Source: Fimbriosthenelais zetlandica (lineage: Eukaryota). Taken from it: a DNA stretch of 64,000 bases. The stretch spans positions 21,390,001 through 21,454,000 of the forward strand of contig OZ365111.1 in assembly GCA_977030845.1 (NCBI GenBank). Reading direction: 5' to 3'. Shown piece by piece: positions 28,318-39,796 of this stretch; position 1 is the stretch's first letter; each line of letters opens with the position of its first letter. A program made the position numbers and the translations under genes. Below the pieces are notes generated by a model that saw nothing but the letters and a program-made list of their open reading frames with translations, searched no databases and was not told the origin of the DNA.

Positions 28318-28490
28318 GACCACAAAACAGAGATGTAGAAGACATAAACCAGACACAAACGAGTGAGGCAAGTCACCCCTCCATGATAGATGTAACGCGC
28401 CAGTTCCGCTCGTGGCATCCAGATTTCCAATGATACATCGGTGAGGCAGTAACAAACGGCAGAGGACTTCCGCTCTGCTACCGGAAGCTA
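28318..28490 (-). CDS. Candidate promoter plus first coding exon of a minus-strand gene (CDS 28418-28318: MPRAELARYIYHGGVTCLTRLCLVYVFYISVLW-S), signal-peptide or anchor-like
   Basis: Paired ETS-type motifs ACTTCCG (28466-28472) and CCGGAAG (28481-28487) lie upstream. The CpG-rich frame is open with a hydrophobic end, and the donor is TC|GTGAGT at 28317. No homology was recognised. Confidence 0.4.
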
Positions 28491-31400
28491 AGCTCTTCCA
28501 GGCTTCGCCCACCTCTCAAGACTAAGCTCTTCTCGAATCCTCCCTCCCCAGAGCTGTCTCAGATGCTGCAGACACGTCCGAGTAGAGATTCAGGGGTCAC
28601 TACAGTAAATCCCCACAGACCATTAGCCCCCATGCACGATCTGATTCAGATAACTGCGCATGCCTCATGATGGTAATGGCCAGTGGTACTTGGGAAATGG
28701 GGCTCCAATCCATTCCTTTGATGGCCTCATTGGATGGATATTTCTATGGACAGAAGGTAAGGGGTCATATATATGCATGACATGTACAATCTTGGTATGT
28801 TGTTTCAACTTAACTAATAGCAGGTCGAAACGAAGGCCTTTTTATGATCCTCCAATTTGTCACAGTTGTTCAGCGTTGGTATCTAAATGTTCCAAACTAT
28901 TAATAGGGTACATCACTTAGAAAATCTTCATCAGATCTTGTCATCCGAGAGGCTCTACCATGCGATGGTCTACTTGTCGCAACAGAGCCAATGAACGATA
29001 ACAGATACTCACATAATCTCTCTGCAAGATATAAAAGCAATTCACGAAGGCCCTCTGCATAGATACTTCCTTGGTAATTGAGAATTCTGTGAAGGAGGAT
29101 GTCATAATACTTAGCCAACTTTTCCCATTACAAATATAAGCCTTCCGACCTTAGGAGCCCGAGCCTAGAGAGGACCAGGGGAATCACAATGACAAGATGG
29201 GCCCCGGCACAAGTTTCCTCTGCACTCTGGATGATGCATGAGATGGTGTCAGGAGTGAGTGGAATAGGAAATGGGCGCTATAGGATCTTCCTATTGTTTT
29301 ATGTGTAACAAAGCTCGACAGGACCACCCAGGCTGGGCCGCCGACAACCAATCATCAAACGAAGATGAAAATTGCGATGAACTATATATAATGAAATACT
29401 CGGATCAGAACGAAGCACCTCCACAAAACCTCCATGAAGCCTGGTCAAATACTGGCATTAAGTTTTATGGGAAGATATCACTGAGAAATCAAACAATGCT
29501 CAGACAAGACAACAGCATTGTACCCAGTTTAAACCAGGCCTACATTCCGGGTCCACAATTTAAAAAATCGATTCCAAAGGAGAAACTCGATGGAAGCAAC
29601 AATCGGATTGGTGTGTGCTTGGCCATAAGACTACCTAAAATGCATATCGAAAGTGCATTTTACATAATGTGGGACTCATTGAATAGGGCTAAATATCCGT
29701 ACCATATATAGGCAAGGCAATGCAGCAGCAGCTGGGAAATGAGGCCTGGAGTGTAGACCTATTATTTCTGAGAACACTACAATAACAGTGTTGTTGTCAA
29801 GCACCGGTTTTGCTCCTTAGACACGTTGGACGATTGTTTACACCGATAGGCCATTATCTCTCGCCACCACACCCAGCGTTAAATCATCTCAAGCCAACAC
29901 GAACCATCCATAGTCAGGCTATGTGCTGGAGAGGAGGGATTATTGGCTGGATCAAAAACGTTTGTCCGCTACTAGACAATCAGCGATACCCCAATGGGCC
30001 TTAAAATTAAGATGTCTACAGAGTACGGTCTCGGTAATATTTAAATATAATGTATGTTGTTATGTAGTCATTTAAAAAAACTTTAATCTGCCTAATGGTA
30101 ATTTCTAGAATTAATATCCCCTCATAATAAAGTGGCAATACTGCAAGGCATCGAGAAGCAAAATGTGTGAACCTGCTGGGGGTTTTTTCGCTAATAAAAA
30201 ATATCCCATTGAAGAGTATGGACTTTCGACCTTAGCAAGAGCAATATGACAAGTAGGAAGTCATTTATTAAGTTCAAGGATAAGAACAGTCGGCACAAAA
30301 GCCTTTCATCACAACCTAGACGTGAGAACTATTCACTGATTCAAAGTGGCCTATCTGATGTCTGATGAGCTTTCCCAATTTGTGTCTTGTAGATGAAAAA
30401 CACAGTACAACACTTTTCAAAGTAAATTAATCAGGATTTCTGTGGAACAACTAATTAGGAGAGCGTTTTGTTCGCAATTCAATGTAGGCTTTCTAGACGG
30501 TTCCCGGAAACCTGTCATTGCCTTTAGGAGAAGTTAGATTACTCGTGTACAGCCTTCTCATTGGTGCATGTCCCCCAACCAACGCCACTCGTCACCAAAG
30601 CGCTGATTGGACAATATATCACAAAGATGGATCTGTTCATAGCACACCTTCCGGTCACCTGTTATTGATAGGTCGCCTTAGAAACTGCTTGTGTATGCCC
30701 TGGTGGCTAATATCACTCAGATATGACAGATTCAGGCTACGATCGGAGTCCAATTATTTCTTTTGTTATTCATTTAATGTTTAACATTAAAGGAATTAAC
30801 GCTCTTTCAGCTCAATAATAATATGAACCTGATTATGATTTCCAGGTAACTCTTAAATCATCAATTACGTAAGCTCATGGGCTGAGATTATTACTGCTGA
30901 ATCACTCTGACATTGGTAGTTGTAATTCATAGTATGAGTATAGAGAAAAAGCTCTATATATGGACTGAATACAGGCCAGTTGTGAAAGGCTCTACACTTA
31001 ATAAACCCTTGTTCTTCCAACCACAGCCATGAGAGATGACATCTGGCCAGGCTGCTCTCATGTGAAGAAAGAAGATCTAACAGATGGCTCCATCCGAGGC
31101 TACAAACGAACGAATGCATCAAAGAATTTTGAGATTAAGATATAAAGTAGGCAATCAAGGGAAGCTCTAATCCATTCTGTGAAGCATTAGGCTGCCTTAG
31201 CCAGTTCATCACAGACATCCAGTCATTAATAGATGGATTTTATTGGCATCTTCCCGGCTCTGGTGTCTGCTGCTGGCGACTAAAAGACTATTTGAAAAAT
31301 TTACTGCAGCAAACAATTTACAGCCTAAAGTGGAAATTAACCACTGTAGGAAGAACGCGCCAGACTAAAAAGTTCGGAAATGTTTGGAAGTTTTCTGTTT

Positions 31401-31599
31401 CCTGTAAAAGACCAGGCACATGCAAGAAAGCTTGGGAGCAATCTACTGGAGGCGGCCATTTTCTAACTTCAGAATTAAAGGAATGCGAAAACCAGGGCAT
31501 ACAGCTGCCTTACCATGCTTTTAAAACCCCATTTGTCCTTTCCGACTGAGTTTTGTAAAGGGGCAGGGCCTTAGAATTGAGAAATCTTCAGTTGAATTT

Positions 31600-32130
31600 C
31601 TTGTGTCAATGCATATCGGCGCCATGCCTGAGCGCCGACATCTGACGCCAACTCCGATCCGGGTATTTGTTATTCCTACCCAGAATGCATTGCTATACCG
31701 GAAACGCGAAAGCCGCCATATTGCCCCTCAGCCGCCATCTTGCCCCTCACCGAAGATAAACAACATGGCGTGTTCTCATCACAAACCGAGATCACTGTAG
31801 TGTAGTTTTGGCCATCTATCTACATATGTTTTTGTTGTCAGTCACTATTGGTGCTGGAGATATAGAGCAGACTATCAGGATGCGTTACTAAACGGATAGG
31901 TCTCCCTCTTTACATGTTATAAATCATGTTTTATGAAAGAATTCATTCGGCCTGTGTTTACAAATTCATGGCTCCTTCCTATGCATGTGTGTAGCCTGAG
32001 CGCTGATTGGCTATAATTCCCAGTCATGCCCCACTTACACAGGCATCCACCCTCACTCGCGGGGCAGGCTCCTGCCAATATTATGTCAAATTGACATCCA
32101 ACCCCGGAAGTGCGCGCTCCTCCATGATGC
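31600..32130. promoter_or_regulatory. CpG-rich, probably bidirectional housekeeping-type promoter
   Basis: Motifs seen: ZNF143/Staf-like TACCCAGAATGCATTGC (31677-31693) and GCTATAATTCCCAGTCATGCC (32010-32030); a tandem 19-bp unit carrying YY1-type GCCGCCAT(A/C)TTG (31711-31748); AACATGGCG (about 31762); CTGATTGG (about 32003); ETS-type CCGGAAGTG (32104-32112). Confidence 0.7.
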
Positions 32131-32165
32131 GAGTTTTGAAGAGTTCTACTCTATCCATTGCGAGA

Positions 32166-32263
32166 ATGGCTGCCCGGCGAGGAGCGAGTCGACGCGCATA
32201 TTTTTATAAGATTACTCTGTTAATTGAACTTGATTACCTAGTGAAACTTTATGAGGATGCATG
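32166..32263 (+). CDS. Candidate first exon of a plus-strand gene (MAARRGASRRAYFYKITLLIELDYLVKLYEDAW, phase 2); could be 5'UTR instead
   Basis: ATG lies 55 bp after the ETS site, the frame is open to the donor TG|GTAAGG at 32264, and no homology was recognised. Confidence 0.35.
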
Positions 32264-32414
32264 GTAAGGTATTTCGTTTTATGTGAGAGCCGTTTGTCCC
32301 TTGCTTTTCGCGTTCCTTTAAGTGTATGAAACTAAAAGTTCTGCTTTTGATCTCTTTCTATTCCTATTCTGAGGCAATGTGTGACTGAATGCTTCGGAAT
32401 CTAGACCCACCTAC

Positions 32415-32490
32415 CTCTGATATGGAGAACGGTGTAGAAGAAGTCTTAATTGTCATACTTACCTGAAAGTAGAAAAGGGAAGCATTAGAT
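32415..32490 (-). promoter_or_regulatory. Recursive splice site (AG|GT ratchet point at 32463/32462) with 48-nt cryptic RS-exon 32415-32462
   Basis: The minus strand reads atctaatgcttcccttttctactttcag|GTAAGTATGACAATTAAGACTTCTTCTACACCGTTCTCCATATCAGAG|gtaggt. That is a branch point (ctaat), a pyrimidine tract, CAG directly abutting a perfect donor, and a second strong donor 48 nt later. Confidence 0.7.
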
Positions 32491-35400
32491 TACAACGGCA
32501 AATGCTATACTGTATATTTACTTTCTTTACATATATTGCAACAAAAGCCATATTAACAGGTGCGATTGATTAGTGCACTGGTATCACCTTGGCAGTATAC
32601 CTTTCACAGATCAAAGGTATTGATATCAAAACTGTACCAGTATAATAGGCCTATTCTCTATTGAATGCAGATCAAATACATTATTCTGTACAACCTTAAC
32701 AAATGGATTTAATTCACTATATATGTGCACATATATGTTTCGAAGGTCAACTGGTAAAACCTTGAAATGGTCAGGCCATGCAGATATAACATAAGCTATC
32801 GCTTTAATCTATCTATATATATGTAAATTACAGGAATCCCACTTTAAAAGTCAGAAATAGGTAAAGAAGAAGGGATGAAGGAATGAAAGAGCAGAAGGAA
32901 TTCTATAGGAACAGGACTTTGTAGAAGGAAATGGGCAGGCTGAACAATTATCAAGAGCATCTGTGTTCAAAGCCACCACAAGGGACCAATACCAATCTGC
33001 TCAGAGTGGAAAATCTCTCCCACAAGGCATATAAGACATGGTTAGAGGGAAATTCTCAGACTCTCCCAACAAATCCCCGAAAGAGCCTACACCTCTAGAT
33101 TTTCAAGAAGGGTTTCAAGATTGCTGATTAATTGATAAGAAGATTTAGAACTACACATGTACTATAAAAATACATTTTTCATATTGAACAAATCCTCAAC
33201 TGAAAGAACTGCATAATATGGATCTGGACCCCAGACCTTTCTAATATTGGGATCATGCAGATAAAAGATGAGGAATATCTTGGAAATTCTATGAGAAGAA
33301 ACTTTCAAGACCTTATGTTTGCCCGGAGAACAACTTGGAAAATAAATGCACCGGACATAAATAATAATGGAGGTGGAGATGATTGTTTTTAAGGTAATTG
33401 GAAACTCGTTGATTGGCGTTTAGCAGCATTATGTGGGCCAGCAGTTTTCCCACCATTAACCAGCCCAGGAGAAGGCAATTATTGAGAGAGGCCTCCTGAA
33501 TGAGGGTGAGACAGGGATGTGTTAATTACTCTTGTTAGGGGGTAATCACACACTAGATGATGGCCTGGAATGCCTTGTTAATGGCTCCCATCTTCTTCTT
33601 CTTCCTCCTCCTCGGCCTCCGCAGGGCTGGGGTATGGACGCCTTGATGTTTGAACTCCTTGCTGTTTGCTGCTCCTTGTTTCTTTACCAGTTTTCCTTCA
33701 TAAGCTCCGGTAATGACAGAAGTCTGGCTCTGAACAACACTGTTCACAAGTGAACAAATTGCATCGTTTCAAACATCTTTTCCACCAAAAATCTCCAACT
33801 TTGGTCACTTGTAAAATAAGTAAATAATGGTTGTTTTACACCCAGACAATAATTTCTCAGTTTTCTCAGGATGGCTGTTCTGGGAGGCATATGAAAATGA
33901 CATGATTTAAATTGGTAGAATCCATTTGTCCTAGCCAAACTGCTAGAAATGACGATCTTAGTGAGTGCAAAAATTTAACTTGGGAAGATGCACAGATGAC
34001 TGTCAGAAGAAAAAGATATTTCTACTGCAACTTTCTTATTCACAAGTGGTTTGGAATTTCTGTAATCTCAGGTTTTAACTTTCCGTCTCCCCAGACATAA
34101 AACAAAGACCTATGTACATGGGACTCCAACTGTTGCACATATGATACACTTGAGGTTCTAATTCAATGAAAGCACTCGACCTCTCTTCCTGTAGGTAATA
34201 ATCTCACTATCGTATAGAAACCAGGGTCTAGTCATGGCTTTTCGACATCGGCTTGGCCTCTGTAATCATACAAATGTGGACTGACCACAAACCTAGAGGG
34301 GATACAACACATATTTTCAGCATGAGGAACATGGACCTTGATAGATTTTCTTTCCTGTCAGTCAGTCAGTCAGGGCATCTTCCATTCATAATGCACATCC
34401 TGGAGTCCATAGTTTGTCAGTCTTATAACAAATCGATGTCACTGATAGAATAGTATCCATGTGGGTACGAATATATTAATACAAGAACATAAAAAGTATA
34501 AGCAACTATAAAGCACCTCTGCCGACCAAAAAAATGTTCCAACTAGTATTCCTGATCTATTCCTGGGGCCTGGCCTCGGGTAAGAACTACTGCGACACTA
34601 ACAGAATTGTCTTGACCCGAGGTCTCTTGGATTAGGGTACCGTAGGTCATGTGTAGGAACCTTAATGGATAACTTGGAACTCTTGCAACTTTTTCCGTGA
34701 CTGATCACAATCTCTCGAAGTCAATTATACCAAACAAAAGCAAACGGGTCAAGTTTTGAATAAAACATCAAATTCAGATGAATAAATGAGTAAATACTAC
34801 AAGTAGTAGTCAATTCTGGAAGCGGTTTATAGGGCAAAAGTGACATCAGAGCACAAACGACCCCAGGAGATGCGGAGGTAATCGCGCCTAATGAACAGCA
34901 CTTTGTATTCCCCATTTGCTTGTAACACATCCCTATACTTGTTTTACCACCTCTAAAACACGCCCTCGACACCGTTCCCAGATCAGTACCCAAGGGGAGC
35001 CTCCATTACCCGACACAAGTACATTTTCCGGATTAGACTTGATTTGATTGGCTGGATCCACTGTGGGGAACAAATGGGCGGTCCCACATGTTATATCCCC
35101 CATTCGTCTCTATTACGCCTTCGCTTCCCCGCAAAACAGACCGTATTATAGGTCCAGCCACCTGGTGGCAAGGTTTTAAAATTCATGTCACAAGATCTGG
35201 GTCTGGCTCGGGGCCCTCAACAACATGAGGTTTTCCGAAGCGAGGTTTCCAATAGGGTCAGAAAGAACTTTTGAGGCATTGGATAAGGTTACTTAAATGC
35301 CATTTCCGACATTTAACTTTTTATCGACCATTTAGTGTTTTTTGGCATCCCATTAAATTCTTTCAGAAAATACAAACAGCAGGGGGTTCCACACCATACC

Positions 35401-38244
35401 TGAGGGACCCACCCCGAAAACCTTTTTAAAAACAAAAAACGACAGAAACAGGAAAACGTGAGCAACATTTCAACCACATTTGTTTTGGTAGCTTAGATTC
35501 GGAAACAAGCAATGAACAATACCAAAACCCCCTACTGCATGACCAGGAAATTTTAACCCACTGTTTAACAAAACATAAATACAGCCACAATGACAAGGCC
35601 CTGTGACAAGAGCACTTTCTGAAGAGTTTGTCTCTCGTAACATGCTCTGGGCTTTGCCCGTGTTAACCCTGACATCATAGATCATCCAGGACTTTCCCTA
35701 TCCTGTATATAACTGAGGCCAGGCTACAGCATCAATATTCACACCTAGGACAATAGGAGCTAGGTGTGATGGTGGCGAGGACGGGAGATCACAATACCCC
35801 ATTCACATCCCTCTCTTCACTACATGAGATCTCACTTGATAATGTGATGATGGGGATTGCTTCGCTATGAGGCTTGTGACAGGATATTCTATTCAGCTGC
35901 ATTACAATAAGGCATGCGGAGCTGGAGTGACTTTAGAACAATGATGTAGGATAATTAGTCATCTGGATGCGTCAACATAGGTTTAAGTTGTTCCAGCGAA
36001 TGATCGCTTGTGTGACAGCGAATGCAGCCTGACTTTGCATATATATAAGGAAGTTGCAGGGTGATATCCATGCCATGCATGCAAGCATATAGTAGGATGG
36101 TATTCGGACCATTGGAGCTAATTGTATTGAAAAATTAAAAAAATGGAATTTATATATTTTAACTAGTATAGCTGATGACGGTGCAACAAAGGACTCGGCC
36201 AGGGTTCTTAGTAACTATTGGGATAGGCGGGGGTTCAGATGGAAATTTAAAGCCAAAAAAAAGATATTATAATACCATCATATTTGACTGATAACAAATA
36301 ATTCCGCCCAACAATGAATTAGTTTTACAACAACATGTATGATATAACTCGTTCGAAAACACCCCTGTTTCTAGTCAGGTAGATTCCTGCAAGGATATAT
36401 ACCGCCGATCAATCTTGCCTTATATGCAGCATCAAGACTAACCTCTCACGATAGTGGTGAAATAAAGCCCAAGCCCCGTACACATCCATCACCGTTTTAC
36501 AACTCGGACCACCACCCATAACCAGTTCTGATTTCCGATCAGCAAGTTGGGCATATGTAGATGAGGAGACCTCTGGTCCAGGCGATGATCTCCTGCCTGC
36601 CTGGCTTTGATGAGAAAACGTCCCTATATCTTCCCACGTTTCCCTTTCAACCGCGTTTAGATAAGACTGAGTGGGTATGGTTGCTGGTGCAGTGCAAAGG
36701 TTAGGACCTGTATATGGCAGTTATTCAATGTTTGTAGGGGAAAATCATGGATCCCATTGACATAAAATTATCTATTATTAAATACATAATTTCAGCGAGG
36801 TCAAGGCTTCACTCAAGGCAGATTTGATATTCATACTTAACTGAAAAGTAGTTTTTTATTAAACTAAACAACGGAGCCGTGATATCAACATGAAGTGCAG
36901 TTTCAACAAGTTAACAGCCAAGGTTTGTCACTAAATGAGGTGTCTACAACAATGATTTTTTCTTCAATGTTCATAGCGTAAAAGGTTCCAAGTAGGCCTC
37001 CATTGAGAAAATACTTTATGTAATGGCATAGACTCGGGGCATGACCTACAATCCAAAATCAAATCAAGAAGGCCATCTATGAAATTGTCTGGCTTTGCCT
37101 CCCACATACATCAGATTGAAATCTCATCCTCATCCCATCCAAATCTGCTTTAAGTGAGAGGCCGCAGTGAGCAAGCCTGAGCCGCCATTCTCTCTCTCTG
37201 AACGCCATCAAAGCCCGAAGTCAAGTATTCACACTCCGGGCAAAGTTTATCGCCCAGAAGATGCATATTTGGGTGTTGGCTTCCGTGGGGTGAAGATTCT
37301 GGCAGGTCATTTCCTTGCTTCGACATAGGCAGGGCTTTTGGAATTCAGAAATAAATGGGAGGGTCACTCAAAGGGCTATAAGCGGCGGAAGCTGAGCGAA
37401 TGACTGAATGCATGAGCGGTAATTGGAAGCACATTTTCACCGCACCATACCGCATGGATTGCCGCAATATTAAAGAGGACCTATCGGCGATGCAAAAAAA
37501 GTTGAGTTGGGAAATGTGCTTAAAATTTTGTTGAAATAGAATCAGATTTGGTAAAAGTTTAGGAAATTGTGCATCAGAAGAGAGATCAATAATAAAGTTG
37601 GCACGATAAAACTCTCATTGATCTTTGCTGATAAAGCGGCATGCCACATAAATGATTGCCATCTGTATTGCCCTTTACTTAATTTAAGAAAGACATTATC
37701 CTGGTATCTATAGAGTCGAACTATGCCACACGATTTACTGGTCTAGACCAAATGTTCAAACGACTGCCTTAAAGTAGAAAGTGCAATTATAGTCCAAGAA
37801 TGTCATTCTAGCTCCTAAAAGCTTTAACTGAAATAATCCCTTTTCTTTCATACAATTTACCATATAATTTAATAATGAACACAATTAAGGCATCATGTGA
37901 AAGATAATGTAGTTTCAAAAATACCGCAGAAAATGAGCAGAGATTTTCTACAACAGAGACAACAATTCTATCCAGGACAAAACGGTCGAGAGCAGGAAGA
38001 ATAGTACCAACACAATACAATGTACTGATCTGAAAACGATGGACAGAATATGATTTGTATGGAATATAAACAAAAGCTAATAGGGTGCACTCATAAGAAA
38101 ATATTCTACTAGAGCCAAAGTGATTGCTAGAGGAATTACGTATCCCCTTGTGGTCCATCTTAGCAAAGTGCCTCTGACCTAAGAAGCATCTCCCTCGGGT
38201 CTAACCTAATCGCACCATTGTTTCAAAAGACATCCTCCCTGAAA

Positions 38245-38512
38245 CAGCACCGGAAACAGAGGTCGCCCCCTGGCGGTTCCTGATGATGCAATAATGCAAG
38301 AACCAATCAGGGAGGGCTATAAATCTGACTAAATCCAAGCGGCGACTATAGCTCTGGAATCAAGAACATTTTCCTTTTGTCTGCTGGATTCCCAATCTCG
38401 TTACTGCGAGATCGGCAACAATCGACATAACTGACCCACTTTGTGCCCGCCAATTTGAGGGGTCGCCTCAGCTCATATTTTGTTAGACATCGACTAGAGA
38501 ATGGAGGTAATT
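38245..38512 (+). promoter_or_regulatory. Candidate promoter/insulator module: ETS, CTCF-like, CCAAT, TATA, then ATG GAG|gtaatt
   Basis: CACCGGAAAC at about 38248, CGCCCCCTGGCGG at 38264-38276, CCAAT at 38303-38307, TATAAA at 38318-38323, and ATG at 38501 with a donor at 38507. Confidence 0.35.
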
Positions 38513-38941
38513 ACTGTGACAGGATTATGATTAGATTACTGGGCTCGGAGACCTAACTGAAATCTGCTTTTACGGCCGTCATAGTGGTAAATTATATATG
38601 GCGTTACCTTGTCAGGGGAATATAGAATTTGTGAAAGGTCGGCTGGCCCAGACATATGTGGCATATGTGTTATGTCAGCACAATTCCCATGGCTGTAACT
38701 AGTTCGGGTATGTAGGTTTAGGTGACAGCAAAGGTCCCATTCTTACCTGACAAGACATTTTTTTTAAGTGCATTGAAATGCTTATGCAACTCATGAGAAT
38801 TGAAGAGTTGGAAACTTTGTTACCATGTGCCATTTCGAGTCGAAAAGGGACATGGTAACCCCTTTACCTCACTGTCAAGTTGCTCGAGGCAATTGCAGAA
38901 CCAAGCATATTATATGATAAAACTTGGTCTCTTATTGCATC

Positions 38942-39796
38942 CCCGGGGGGGGGACTCGCTCTATGAGGGTCAGTAGGGGTGTGCCGCCCTTTAGGGTAGC
39001 CTTTTTAGCCTTTTGGTATAGCCTTGACCCCTTATCAAAAGCCATCCGAGTCGACCGAGGTATAGACCTCGGTCGACATTTTCACTAGTTGGCCATTTTC
39101 AAATGATGAAGTAAATTCATGCGTTTTGAGATCCCAGAGTTCAGGCAACATTCCAAAGTGGAGGATTAACATTCATTGACCAGACCCTCAGTGACCAGTC
39201 AGTCAGTCGGTCGCGTGGGGCGTCTGGTTGGCGGGGATAGGACATTGTTGACGGAGCTTTGATGTGTGAAGTTACGTCATGGGAAGGGAAAGCTTTGTTT
39301 TAGCGTCTTTGGGGTAAGGGAGGTTAAAACTGACCCATGATCACTTGTATCACAGGTGTTTGTAGAAGGGTTGACTTCTTTGGAGTATGAGGTGGGTGGG
39401 TGAAGGGGAGGGTGAAGTGACGTGTGTTCAATAGGGAAGAAAATGAAATGAGGATAACAGAAAAAGTTAACGTATCTTATGAAGGGACTACCTAATTTTA
39501 AGCTGAAACCCTTATTGATAAAGAAAAACGTTTTGATAAGGTATCCGACTTCGTTACAGGCGGATTTATTCTCAATTTGTTCCTGGAAATCACTTCATTA
39601 TAAGCGGAAAAAGATTAAGATTTAAACATTTAAGTGTTAAGTTTTAATTCTTGGTATAGGTATGGGATGCAAAAAGGTATGTTTGGTATAGAGTTGGGGT
39701 GGTTTTTGGCCCATCAAGGTGGTATAAACCTCGGTCTATATTCTGGGCCAGGGCGGCACACCCCCGTGCATTTACTGGGCGAGTCCCCCCCCCGGG
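38942..39796. mobile_element. Non-autonomous DNA transposon (MITE), 855 bp, CCCGGG(G)n termini, 8-bp target-site duplication
   Basis: The left end reads cccggggggggggactcgc...ggggtgtgccgccct. The reverse complement of the right end reads cccgggggggggactcgc...ggggtgtgccgccct. The element is flanked by identical attgcatc at 38934-38941 and 39797-39804 and has no internal ORF. Confidence 0.9.

Noticed and set aside
33553-33680. GGRGGGRRRRRWE frame resembling an RTE LINE C-terminus
   Set aside because: It is explained by a (CTT)n(CCT)n low-complexity run.
14720-37480. Shared TTAAAGAGGAC at 14720 and 37470, Kolobok-like left termini
   Set aside because: No matching right termini or TSD pairs could be established, and 11-mer matches are expected by chance.
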